DNA of 63,587 bases, filler included, from Octopus bimaculoides (GCF_001194135.2; 5 parts of 4 records of this genome joined end to end with filler, not necessarily neighbours in it), one strand, 5' to 3'. Shown: positions 1 to 12,499, counted from the whole stretch's first letter. The notes: generated by a model not told the origin, from the letters alone. A program made the numbers and translations.

Positions 1-279
1 TAAAGTAAATATCATAAGATAAATATAATAAAAAGATTACACGTGTTTCATAACTAATTTTAAAATAGAAAGTAAATTTAAATCGATTAAAATCAATTGA
101 AATTATCGAAAATAAATTCTATTCAAAAATATAGCTAATCGTCAGATCGTAAGTAGAACAATAATTAGATATATATATCTCAACCAACAATAAGTACCAA
201 ATGAATTAATATGAAATACTTATTATATAAAGATATATATATATATATATATATATACAACTATTCGGTTAACTCTAAA

Positions 280-880
280 ATCTCTGAACAGATAAAGCAG
301 TTTTCATCTCCCTTTCATTAGTATGTCTCTCTTTTGACTTTTCTTTATATTTTCCTTGTTTACTCTCAATGTAGAAATTAATGTGAGAAACAAAGACCAG
401 CAGTCCTTTGCAGCATACACATGCTTTTCTGCTCCTCTTTGTCCTGGCGAATCCTGATATATGTTGTGTGCACGTGTACGCCGTCGAAGACATGGGGAGA
501 CTGACTTTCAGAAAGTTTTATTATTTTTGCCTATAAACTGTTTTTCTGTGTTCCTGGTTGTCTGCTGTTCATCTTTATTATTAGCTTCATCTGTTTCTTC
601 TAAAAGATCATCTTGGTGGAGTCTGCAACATGCCATCTACTTCAGTTCCCCCCTCTTCATCTGTCATTTCTTCTTCGTCTGTTGTTTCCTCCTCAGCTAT
701 ATTCTCTTCTTCATCTTCAGATTCTTCTTCATTTGATTCTTCATCAAGAGATAATCCTGATTCTCCTATGTCTAATTCTCTCTCAACCATCTCTCAATTT
801 TTCCATTTGTCTCTCGAAATCCATTGTGAATCTGAAAGGAAAGAAGATTTCTCACTTTTATGGCATTCAAAACCATCTAC
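280..880 (-). mobile_element. piggyBac-like transposase N-terminal fragment (degraded)
   Basis: An acidic N-terminus (ORF 608-790) continues after a frameshift as FIGKNNKTF*KSVSPCLRRRTRAHNIYQDSPGQRG..KDCWSLF..HINFYIESKQGKYKEKSKERHTNEREMKTAL. This resembles the piggyBac/PGBD N-terminal RT..HNI...PG and TN.Y...T...E.KA motifs. Contains stops and frameshifts. Confidence 0.7.
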
Positions 881-1344
881 TAATAAAATAAAAATCTAGT
901 TTGTTTCATTCACAAAATCATCCCCCTTTAATTTTGCTCAGATTGTTTCCAAATTTGGTGTATCGATGCAGTTCTGAATGGTAATTACGTTCAACTAATT
1001 ACTTTACCTCGTAAATTAAAGAATCTGATATTATTTTGGCATTAAAGTTTGGAAAATTTAGGTAATTTTATCCAACCAACAGACGGCGAGGCACGTTGTA
1101 TTGATTCTTCACACTACGAGATTCACTTCATCCGCACGTTTTGTTTGTGTATATCACTGTTTATTTATTTATTTTTTGTAATTTTTCTGAAAAATTTATA
1201 TTTATGAATTAGAATTTTATTGTAGATATTTTTCGTCCATTTACATTTTTTCATGTATATTTTCCATATATTTCGTGAAGTTTTTCTGTTTTTCTGTTTT
1301 TATTGTTGCTTGGAATGGCCGCATCCACATCCAAGACATTTAGC

Positions 1345-1445
1345 ACACTGGGCAGAATGCTTTACATTCTGAGTTCAAATTCCACCTAAGTTGACTTTGC
1401 CTTTCATTCTTTGAGGGTTGATAAAATAAGTACCAGTTGAATGTG
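1345..1445 (+). mobile_element. SINE family A, partial
   Basis: Matches TTCTGAGTTCAAATTCC..GTCGACTTTGCCTTTCAT..GATAAAATAAGTACCAGTT seen in the family A copy at 39973-40200. Confidence 0.6.
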
Positions 1446-1639
1446 TAACCAGTTCAGTTGATCATACAACTGGAATGATCATCCTAGAAACGGATAAAGA
1501 TCCATTTCCTTTAGTTTTTGTTAACTTAAACACATCAGCAAATTAGCCAATGAGGGAATGTCTGTGTGGTTGTTCAATTTGCTAGAAATAACAGTCAAAT
1601 CTCCCTCACACTATGCTCTACTATTTTAAAAACGAAAGA

Positions 1640-1885
1640 CATTAAATAACAATACAGTCCTAAGAGGAAGACTGCTGCCTTCCAGCCACGTCCCTATCCT
1701 TACTAACAGACATTCGTTGCAACCATTGCGAGTGCACCGCCAGTACAAATTTCCACGAACCACATTCTTACTCATGTTGTGCCTAGGTTTACTGCACCTC
1801 TTTTTTTAGGGATAGCACCCTTTCCTTACAAATAATTTACTGCATCCACCTCTGTTTCCAAACTCTCCTTCAGGGTGGTAAAATT
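1640..1885 (-). mobile_element. Merlin/IS1595-like transposase N-terminal zinc-ribbon fragment
   Basis: Frameshifted translation ETEVDAVNYL*GKGAIPKKR..RHNMSKNVVRGNLYWRCTRNGCNECLLVRIGTWLEGSSLPLRTVL resembles the Merlin C..C..M...WRC...C...SIR.GTWFE.S.LPL pattern. Confidence 0.65.
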
Positions 1886-2399
1886 CTGTCAGCTTGTAGC
1901 TTATGGTTACACATTATATTAACATATAACTGGCTGAGTATAGCACAGCACACATGTACCCACAACATAATCCATAGGTAGAATCAGTACAACTCAGTGT
2001 GACATGGCTAGGCATTTTAATTACAGGTCCAGGACCTAATTATAGCGTAATTTGCTGAGTATTCCATAGATATATCTGGCCTTAATGTAATTCTGAGATT
2101 GAATCAGTGTGACACATGATGGACATAGATTGTGGAAAATCACAACAAAATTAAACTAAATATCAGATGAATAATTCTATTNNNNNNNNNNACAAAATTA
2201 AACTAAATATCAGATGAATAATTCTATTGACAGGGAGCTGTGGGTCACTGTGGGTTGTAGGTTTCTTCATTCCTCTTTATTGGCTACATATTTGGTGTGA
2301 GATTAGGCTGGCTCTTTAAATTAGTTGTACTTCATTTGGCAGGGTGAGTTCCATACAGTTTTTATTTAATCTTGTTTTACTCCCAATGATTTGGCCACC

Positions 2400-2830
2400 T
2401 GACAGATTAAACTATTAAGTTACTCACAGACGTGCTCCATCCTCTGATGGAGATTTGGCTTCATGAACAATATAAATGATGAAAAAGCTGAATCACAAGA
2501 TCAACTTGCAAAATGGGAAGGTCCAGGTTGTTGATATAAGACATTGTAGGATGGAGTTCTTCTTGTGTCCTTTCAATTGTGTTCTTGTGTCCATTCAGTT
2601 TCAGACTTATCCTTCGAATAATACTTCACATTCATCATTGAAGGGTTTGAAGAATCCTTTAGATCAGCATTGTTGTCATCATATCTGATTCTGAATAAAT
2701 AATACTGACAAGATCACTTTCATTATCATCTTCAGGAAAAGAAGATTCATCACAAATAATTTTTTCCCATTCTTTATGTAAGTTGGATAACAATTGTGAA
2801 ATCTCTTCAAGGCTGAGGTTTTGATGCTTT
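2400..2830 (-). mobile_element. second piggyBac-like N-terminal fragment
   Basis: LSLEEISQLL..acidic..SKDKSETEWTQEHN*KDTRRTPSYNVLYQQPGPSHFAS*SCDSAFSSFILFMKPNL. Confidence 0.6.
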
Positions 2831-3039
2831 GATATTTCATGGAAGGATTAGAACTATAAACTAAAAGGCAAATGAATAGTTGTCAAGCTGTCATTGTTTT
2901 ATACTTGTTGAATTATGATGCAATGTTTCCTCATTCCTTCAAAGATGATGCAATACTAATTGTTTGTTTCATAAAGACGATGCACAAAATAGTAGTATTG
3001 CATCATCTTCAAATGTCTTAGTAAATGCTATTAGAGATC

Positions 3040-3185
3040 TTTGCCAAGCAGTATGGGATTAGGTTGTGAAAGCTGACCTCAAGTTGCTGAACCTTACAGA
3101 GGAGATGACAATGGATCAGGAGGGTTGGTGCTCTGCTGTGCTTATGATTATCTGCCCGTAGCAAGCAGAACACCTATCCAAAACC
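3040..3185 (+). mobile_element. RTE LINE 3' end fragment
   Basis: W..VVKADLKLLNLTEEMTMDQEGW, similar to the RTE C-terminal W...V..DL...L....DR..W motif. Confidence 0.55.
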
Positions 3186-3559
3186 TGCTCACAGAATCTC
3201 GCCGTGCAGTGTACATTAGGGATACAACTTTTTTGTAACTCCATCGTCCTGTATCATATTCTGATGAGCTTTAGCTAGAGAACAATGAAAATTAATGTTT
3301 TATTTTGTTTTTGTTTTTGTATTTGATCAAAAAAGTTCACCCATGATAATATTGAAATTTTCATACTTGGTTGCATTTGGTGGATTTCCAAAAAAGAACC
3401 CTAGCAGGATAATAAGCGAAAAAGAGAAAAAGATCCAAAACGTTTAATCCATAACTGTTAAAAGAATTGTATTCTGCATTCCAGAACAATAAAAAGGTGA
3501 ATCATATAAAGTCAAATTAGTCAATAGTCATTTTGCGACAAGTCTAATAGAGAGAATGA

Positions 3560-5100
3560 AACGCAATGGCTGGCTGGCTTTCGCTCACAGTATTGATTGC
3601 TTCTGCCGATGTTTAGTTTTGAGGACTTTTGTTTCCAGTGATTTGTCAAGCATGTCAAAGCAGTTTTGCAGGGTGGTAAGGCTTACGATAGCTCTGCATA
3701 ATCTTCAGCTCTATACACTTGGTCACTGAACTAATGGTCTGCCCATATAAGTTGAACTGGCAGACCATCTGTGATCTCTCACATGTGGCATGAGGAAAAA
3801 TGCAGGTAGGACTAAGATTGCTCGCGAATTCCATCTGGCATTACCGATGGTCGGAATTTTCTGAAACTTGATAAAAGGTATTTCTCCCTTTTCATGGAAG
3901 AACCTGAAAGCACATGTTAAGTGGAACTGAAACTTCATGTCTGTCCAACCAACTTGATCTTTAATGACATGAGTTCCATTCTGGAAGGATCTTTGGAGTT
4001 CTTCACAACTTGTCATAAGTTCTTTGACAAGAAAATATTCAATATTGGGTGAATTGCTTGCGCCTGCTAGCTCCTCATCTATAACAATGTGCAGGATTCT
4101 GTCCAAGACATGGTGTTGGCAACTCACGAATTGTGACTTGTCGTAGCCTTTGCTCAAGAGCATTCTCTGCAATTTAACCACTACGCCACTCTTTCGTTCT
4201 GTTTTCACACTCGTCGTATCAGCAATAATCATTGAGATTGCGCCCCACTGGTGAAATTCGTCCAAGGCTTTTCAATCCTTCTGCAATGGTCTCAGCCATG
4301 CCATCACACAATTCAGAGCAGCCAGCTTGATTTCACTTGTTTCATTCTTGATGACAACAGCTTTATATTCATTTCTATCAATATGTTTACCATCGAAATG
4401 CAGGCTCCATTTCTGATTGCGTAGTGTATCGATCTAGTGTTTCTTCATTTCACCAGCTTCCTTGAACAGTGCATTGTAAATGCCTTGCTGACTAGGAGCT
4501 GGGATATCAGTGTCCTCCTCTGACAATTGTTTGCAGATTTTCGCAGCTTTGTTGGTAGAGACGTTTGTTCCAGTTACAAGTCTCGTACCAATTGCAGATT
4601 TGTTGTGCATGCACACGGAGGAATGTGTCATCACTATCACTATCATTTTGATCAACTCTGTCATCTTCACCATAATTGTCCTCATCAATATCTTCTTCTT
4701 CAGAGTCACCGTCAGTATCAAGGATGGATAGTGTGCTTGATTTCAGCTTTGCTTCTCAAATAACCCACTTTGCCCTTGCTTTTGAGTTGGATTGAGTACA
4801 GCGTTTTAGTCATCAGCATTGAGCCATTCACCGCGGACTGTGGTGATATTGAATAGTTCTTCTAATGGCTCAAATTTTACTTTCTTGATGCATTTGTCAT
4901 ACAAATGAAGCACATTTTAAAGCTTGGAAATTATTGAAAAATTCAGTTTATCTCTCCATAGTTGTGTCACTTCTCTTGATAATTCCGCTATTCTCTCCTT
5001 TCTGCTTTTATTTCCCAAGAAACTGGTACCAATCAACAATCTTCTTCTTGAGTGGCATTCGACTTCTGCTGGTCAAACAGGCTTCTTGTACAGGAACATG
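3560..5100 (-). pseudogene. degraded hAT-related DDE transposase
   Basis: KWSLHFDGK (~4390), IIADTTSV.T..KSG (~4220), CQHH motif (ORF 3723-4265), ARWNSRAI and SNQYCER (~3590) give a D-D-E triad plus a CxxH motif. Several frameshifts and stops. Confidence 0.75.
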
Positions 5101-7295
5101 ACCTCTAGATGAATGGGATTGGAACTGCGCCATAGAAAAACTTCACGAAATATATGTAAAATATATATCAAAAATATATGAAAAAATGTAAAATACTAAG
5201 ACGATGGACGAAAAATATCTACAATAAAATTCTAATTGATAAATATAAATTTTTCAGAAAAATTACAAAAAAAACAAAACCAGTGATATACACAAACAAA
5301 ACGTGCGGGTGAAGTGAATCTCGTAGTGTGAAGAATCACCACGTGCGGTTGTCATGGTAACTAGCTGTTACTGCCTCGCTGTCTGTTGATTGGCTAAAAT
5401 TACCCAAATTTTCCAAACTTTAATTCCAAATAACATCAGATTCTTAATTTACGAGATAAAGTAATTAGTTGAGCGTAATTACCATTCAGAACTGCATCGA
5501 TACACCAAATTTGAAAACAATCTGAACAAAATTAAAGGGGGCTGATTTTGTGAATGAAACAAACTAGATCTCCCAACAAAAAAAAATTGTTGGTCAGTTG
5601 ACAATAATATATAATTTTATGCGAGAAATAATCGGTCTTTCAGATATAAAAATAATGAGTAAAATAAACAATAATAAAGAAAAGGAAGCAAAAATGTACC
5701 TGTCAATAAATAGTACAGTGAATGGTATGGTGGGGTATGCACAACCCCAGACATAAATAACACGTGTGTACACTTCTCATCACACAGCACGTAACTGAGT
5801 GGATTTGTGGATTAACTCATTGGAGTGTGCAAGAAATTACATGGATGGATAGCACTATCAATGCTGCCAGATGTAAGATATAAACATCACGTGGAGTATG
5901 AGATACCCCACCGCACCACCGGCGGGTTAAGAAACAATACATTCGATAATATTGTCTGGAATTCACAAATCCCGAAGAGCAAAGACAAAGAAGATTCATG
6001 ACTTGAATGCCTTTCATAAGTGTACTCAAGCTTGTGGTTAAACAATCACAGCTTGTCGTTAATTAAGCTCTTGCATCATCTCCATTCGCTGTAATTAAAG
6101 ATCGATTTTCAAATTCGTTAACCAATGATTCCAGTTATTTTTGCTGTGTAACTTGACAGGTTTCACCTGATGCTGGTATTAATTAATCCGGGAGTTTATT
6201 GACCGACAAAAGCCTTTCTCCCTCATGGTCCAGCTTACTGCATGAGGAGTGGGTATTAGCATTAAGCAGAATTATTAAAATGTGTAACAAAAAAAAGCAG
6301 AGCTTTTAACACTGAAGCAAACGTCTAAACATACCAGGAAAAGGAACAGGAGTCATCGAATTATTTTCCTAACGAAACACGTAGCATAACGCGGCCTAAC
6401 TCAAGTAGGCGTCACATTTAGTCATCATGTGAAGGATGATAAAAGATGAATAAAAATACATAACAAAAGCACAGCCATCGAATTCTGTCCGTAGTTGTAA
6501 CCACATTTTGCATCCGATACAAATGACTTGGTGAACTGAGCCGATTGATAGGACTCTACCCTAAAGTTTATACTGCAATAATTTTATGTCCTTTGTTTTT
6601 TTAACCCTGCTCAGCTTTGACCTCAGGCTGGCAAACTTATCACTTGCATATCACTTTAAAGAGTTGTTACTGCTGATAACCACTCGGTTTTTCTTTGCCG
6701 TTTGTATTACAAAGTTAACAGCGTACACCATTTGGGGAGAATTATGATCTTTGGCCATAGAATCGTACAAGTATCGAGATTATATATAGTACTGGTTTGC
6801 TAAGAATATCAAGAATCGATGTACAGCTATATTATTGGTGCGATATCTAGTTTTTGATTTATATCTCCAGAGTCGAAGGAATATCATAAGTTGATATATT
6901 GCTATAACATTAATGAGATATTCGTGTTTATATATAAATACTTTTTTAATAAGATATCATGGCTTCACAACACGTTAACGCAATATTGTATTCTAATATA
7001 TTGCTACAGCTTTGAGAGCTGTTATCACCAAAATAATATCTGAAATTTGGTAACCTGTAGCGATTTTGTGAAGTTATGAGAAACGTAAGGTTTGATACTT
7101 TTTCCTGACTATTTATTTTATTATATTTATTTTATATCACACTTTGTGAACAATAGCTCCTACGGTTACAAGCTTCCAACTGTTGTAGTATTAGGTCACT
7201 GCATTCCTGACGTCAAAAGTGAAAAAAGAAAGAATGCTTGCAACGTGAGACAGCACTAGTAATGAACTATGCATCGCAGCACTCTTCAGCTGGTT

Positions 7296-7385
7296 TTCCA
7301 TTTCTCTCTCGACCTGGTTATTCAGAACTATTTGGCGAATTTCCATTTCTCTCTCGACCTGGTTATTCAGAACTATTTGGCGAAT
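7296..7385. repeat. exact 45-bp tandem duplication
   Basis: TTCCATTTCTCTCTCGACCTGGTTATTCAGAACTATTTGGCGAAT x2. Confidence 0.95.
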
Positions 7386-7469
7386 TTCTATATAAGCATA
7401 CTCTGTAAAATAATCTTTTATTCTTTTATTGGTTTCAGCCAAAAGCTTTCATCATGCTAGGGCACTCCG

Positions 7470-8900
7470 ATTCGCGTTAATGCTTGTTTATTTTAGACTC
7501 ATTTCTTGATCCTGTCTCAGAAATCGGTTTTGGTGAAGTAGCGAGATGAACAAAACTGCTCTTCTTTGTTTGTTTCTGCGATGCTGGTTCAAACAGTATC
7601 TCGGGTAAAAATTTGACTATTTCTTCTTTGAACACATCCGCATCTGCCCTTCGTAGATTTCTAAGGCCTTTTGGTAAGGTATCAAAAATGTGTGACCCTG
7701 GCTGAAGGGGTTAGGATATTTTGTACAATGGAGTGACACCTAGTGATTTCTATAGCTTTGAATCCCAAAGTTGGGTGCTAGACTTTCCAGGCTCTTGCAT
7801 TTAAATACCACTGCATATTCTTCGCATCTCCTCTCTAGAGAGAAGAGTTTTCGTTCTTTAGCCTTTCCTAGGAGCTCATCTGTTGCACCGAGGTAATCTT
7901 AAACGGATTGCCCCGACTTGAGTTGTTAGTTTGACGCTTTGTGGCGACCATAATTGGTAGCAGTAGTCCGGACGACTGCGAACGAATGTTCTCTCCATAG
8001 GAGCAAGATGGTTTCTATTTTCCACGTTCTGAATGACCTTAGAATTAAGCCAGCCAGCCGATCACCTGCAGATTGTTGCTATCTTAGTATTATACACACG
8101 GAATGACGCATCGCCATTCGTGTGGATTCCTAAGTCACGCACCGACTCTAACTCCAGGACTGCAATACGCTCGGCTCTTTCATATTCTGATTACAATCTG
8201 TTCGTGGCTCCATAGCAGAGTGCTTGAAATTTGGTGACATTGAACTGCATGTTGTTGTTTTTTTATCCATTCTTGTATATTGCTTTCAGGTTTTTCTGTT
8301 GTATTGAGGTATCACCAGGGTCCTTGACTGTTTGTGATACTTTTAGAACATAAGCATAGCTGGTAAGAGTGACTGACAGTATGAGTGAGGCATGCTTTAG
8401 AGAGCCACCACAAAAGGTAATGGCCCCAGTATAGTTCACTGAGGGACTACGCTGAAAATTGATGTCTCTTCGGAGAGAGTACCATAGACTGCGATTATCA
8501 CACTCCTATCTTTTAAAAAGTTGTGCTGCCACTGCCCTAGTTTTCCAATGATACCAGGGCCACTCAGGTTGTGATATATCATCCTACAATCGACTTTGTC
8601 GAAGGCCTTGGCAAAGTCAAGATGCATCACATCCACATTTGAACGGTTCATAATGCTGTGATAGCTGTGTAAGGCAGTTCTTTCTTGTGTGGAAAGGACA
8701 CATGATTACCTTCTTTTAAAGTCCTGGAAAATTTGTCACATGCGAGGAAACTCGGGAAAAGTACCTGCAGTGGTCGTGTTTGAGCTTTCTTCCATGTCTT
8801 TGAGAATAACTGGAAAAACCAGCAGGAGCCGTTGCTGAATTCGCGTTTATCTTATTAATGACCAATATTAATCCTCTTCTTTTATGTCGATGTAATCGAA
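7470..8900 (-). mobile_element. CR1/L2-type LINE, reverse transcriptase and C-terminal region, degraded
   Basis: ORF 8436-8651 VDVMHLDFAKAFDKVD..W..NFLKDR...SVVPQ; the C-terminal part reads IFDTLPKGLRNL..DVFK. Confidence 0.8.
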
Positions 8901-9595
8901 GGTTGTCTCTTCATTAATATAAACTTTGTCAAATTCACTCTACTCTAAATCAAACAATGAATCTCAATAAACTCCTGATTTCTTGAGATATGATCGGAAA
9001 ATCGAAATATTATAACCTCGTAGCTCAAGCGACTTTGCAGTTATTTGTTCCATCTTTGATTCGCTGTAAAACTAGTCATATACTAAGGACAATTCTGTAC
9101 TCAACATCTATCCTCTTGAGAAGCGCCGATTAGAGAGCGTATCAGCCTTGCTATTTATTCGGAGCTCTGTCACCGTTCAAATACTACATTACAGAAAAGA
9201 GAATTCTATCAGAAGCGTGTTTTGTGCGTGCGCACGCGCGTTCGTGTAGTATATTTACTAATGACTAGTCATCTGCATTCAGTGATTTATTTAATATTTA
9301 ATGACATTGTAGCAGTTTTATGTACGTTACCAAGGAGACAGACTTTGCTATCCATGCTAGTGCCCTTCAGGGTCACCAAAAGAAGTCAATAGTTTTCTAA
9401 CATACCTAATTATCTTAATTCTCGAATCAGATACAAAAATCTAACACCAATCAGAATTTAGGAATTATTTTTATAGCCTCTTGTGAAATTGAGTAAATAT
9501 ACATGATTTACTCAACGATGGAGAATTTCCATTTCCATTTGTGATGGCAACTGAAATTATAATCTTTGTTTCTAACAATTACGTTCTGTTTTCAG

Positions 9596-9630
9596 ACGAT
9601 GTGAATTTTAGAGATGTGATGAAAAGCTAA
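9596..9630 (+). CDS. candidate short terminal exon of an unidentified upstream gene (xDVNFRDVMKS*)
   Basis: Acceptor TTCTGTTTTCAG ends at 9595, phase-1 frame runs to TAA at 9630, AATAAA at 9654. No homology recognised. Confidence 0.2.
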
Positions 9631-10968
9631 TCAAGGCTATAGACGCCTAATTCAATAAACAAAATCTATAAGTACACTTGATAACAATGCTTACTCTTTT
9701 AATGACCAAAGTTTTGATGCAACCAGAAAATTCTAATCAAGAATGTAACGATTCTGAATAACTCCCTTTGTAAGAAGATAAATATTATGTTGGATTATGA
9801 ATTCATGAGTTAATAGTTCTAATCCGCTAAAGACACTCTGCTGTGTTCTGGACAGGAAACTTCGTCTTACGTACATTAATTCAAAAGTGAAAGACATAGG
9901 TAGCAGAGCTTTTGAAAATTTTATCTGAGATGGTCTGTTATCCTATCCAAAGAACTGTATATATAGTTTTCACCCACTTCAACCAAGGAATCAAAACTAA
10001 GTCCTGATTTTCAGTACCCTCTCAGAACTGATGAGAGTTTTACATTCTAGGGCATCGATGAAGCATTAGAATTATAGTTTTATTTGCCAATTAACTTGCT
10101 AAAGTGACAACACCATTCTCTCTTGCTCACTTTCAGACGAAGGACAAGGTCCGAAACATTAAGTTTTAGATTCTTCATATCAATTGAGTTTATCGAATTT
10201 TCCTATAGTTTTCATTGATTATCTGAAAAGGATGGAAAAGATCTTTAGTTCTTTCTTCAATTCTGTCTTATGGAATATGTATGACTAATTGAAATTAAAC
10301 TTACCTGATTTATAACTACTTATATTTACATTGGTATTTTGTTTCGATCTGTCCGAGCTCAGACAGTTAGAGAGTATTTATTTTTGGTTACGTGCCAATG
10401 TACATATATTGTCCCTGGCTGGATTTGAACTAGGAACCTTTATTTCGAAACAAAAGGAGGAAGTACCATTGTTATCCACTTCTCTTCGATGACTAGTTGT
10501 ACAGTTTTGAATGACAAAGTCACATCTGAGTGAGAAGAAAACATCACAACCATTCATTTAAAAGTAAAGGTCTCTGAAATGAGACTGAAATGAGCGAAAC
10601 AATGTAAATATCATGAAAAGGATTCTGGAGATGAGCTTAGCAGTCGAAAAAATTATCATCTTCAACATAACACATTTCAGAAATTTAGGCATAAATGGAA
10701 TTGGTATAAATAATGTTTAGTTTGAATGTTTAAGTCTAATTATAAGGGTTGAAGGATGTTTCTTAGAAATGCATTTATTGAGAAGAAAAGAAAAGTTTGG
10801 GTGAAAGGTTTAGAGTGGTGATTGGGGATAAAATGAGAGGGTGTTTTTAATCAGGGAAAGTGTGGTAATACCCATGCCTTTATCAGGATCTTTCAGACAG
10901 GTGAGATCGAAGCAGTTCAATATTCAGCTTAAATATCTGCTAATTGGGACTTTAAGGGAGTTCTAGAG

Positions 10969-11115
10969 CACTCACGGACAAAATGCGGCCCGCAAGACTT
11001 TCTAAGTGGCACGCATAACGAAACATTTTCTTCAATCTTTCTTAGTAGTGTAACCCACTTGGTGATGAGTCATGTCTTATGCGGCCCACTTCTTAAGGCA
11101 GGTTGCTCATGTTTG
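10969..11115. mobile_element. Charlie-type hAT MITE with 8-bp TSD
   Basis: TTCTAGAG on both sides (10961-10968, 11116-11123), matching the NTCTAGAN target; degenerate CA..CA.G..CAA termini; internal ATGCGGCCC motifs. Confidence 0.7.
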
Positions 11116-11992
11116 TTCTAGAGGGAAACAGTTTTGAGGATGGATTACGCAAGGTGCTTAATGCGGGAATTGGTGTACTATGAATGAGAAATAAAGTTTA
11201 AATTCTGAAGTGAGGGAGATAGGTGGTATTAATTAACTTCTTAATTCAGATACAATCTGACAGAAGCTAATTTTAGCGATAAAATAAGTGGAAAAAAAAC
11301 ACTCAATTAACTTGCGCTCGAAATTCGATTTGGTTCTAATATAACCATAATAACCGTTTGGTTTAAGATAACTTCTAGAAGAAAAATATCGAAAAAAGAT
11401 AATTGACCTGGAAGATAATTACATTGCAACATTTATTTACATACTTATTATTTTCTTTTTAATATTCTGAAAAATCTTTATTTTGATGTCATAAATCAAC
11501 GAGACGATATAATGTTGGATGATAACGTTTATAAATTATTGGAGTGTTTAATTACTATAGTTTTTGCATCTATATTACATAATTAGATCATTATTTGTTG
11601 ACAAGAACTGTATAGCTAACGATAATTTGGTAGAGAGCCTAACATTAAGATGTCCTGACTCCTGCTTGAAAAAGGTTCGCTATTAATGGTCTGAGGTCAG
11701 TTTGAATATCACAATTTCATGCTTATTCCCTCCGTGAACCGAAAATTTTGTGCCAGGCGAAACGAAACTAATATACAAGTACAACATCGACTTTTAGGGA
11801 CTTTGGGGGACACTGGTGCTCCGGAATCTCTAATAATTCACACTAATTTACGAGCAGGCATTTGAAATTCCTGAGGCCGCCTGATTATTTAACTGTGTGG
11901 GCCTGTTTCACAGTATAGTATTTATAAACTTCTATCGTTTATACTAACGTACAGGTAAATGCATTTCATTTAATTATTTAAGTAAATACATT

Positions 11993-12200
11993 GGTTTCAG
12001 ATTTTGGCACGAGGCCAGTAATTTCAAGGGTAAGTCGATTACATCGACCCCAATATTCAACGGGTACTTATTTTATCGACACCGAAAAGATGAAAAGCAT
12101 AGTCGATCTCGATGGAATTTGAACTCCAAATGTAATGACGGACGAAATGTCACCAAGCATTTTTCCCGGCGTGCTAATGCTTTAATCAGCCTGCCGCCTT
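11993..12200 (-). mobile_element. SINE family A
   Basis: Reverse complement matches AGGCGG..AGCACGCCGGG..GAGTTCAAATTCC..GTCGAT..CCTCGTGCCAAAATCTGAAACCA. Confidence 0.8.
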
Positions 12201-12499
12201 TATTTAAGTAAATATATTGATATTTGTTTAACATGGTGATAACCGTCCCTGGTTCAGAAAAAAAAATGAGTAATCCGGAAAAAAGAGCTTTGGAACCAAA
12301 GGTTCTGGAAAAAGTGATTGTTGCACCCCAGGTCAGCCCTGATCAAGAAGACCTAAATGAAACTAATCATGATGAGCCTTTTCTTTCTCTCACATATTTG
12401 ATCACTATAATCAAATCATTTGTGCAGATTATTCAGCAAGAAATTGCGAAACCTTCATTTCCCTTCTACGACAAGAAAGATCAGTTTCATTCATTTATT

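Larger units (their letters stand above)
894..5569. mobile_element. hAT-related (hATm-like) DNA transposon with ~400-bp terminal inverted repeats and nested insertions
   Basis: 894-1287 and 5134-5569 are reverse complements (ATCTAGTTTGTTTCATTCACAAAATC... at both ends) and enclose a decayed DDE transposase. No clear TSD seen. Confidence 0.8.

Noticed and set aside
613-899. Ser-rich and hydrophobic + strand ORFs
   Set aside because: Antisense shadows of the acidic piggyBac N-terminus
2145-2229. 37-bp direct repeat flanking a 10-N gap
   Set aside because: Typical unmerged contig overlap; assembly artefact
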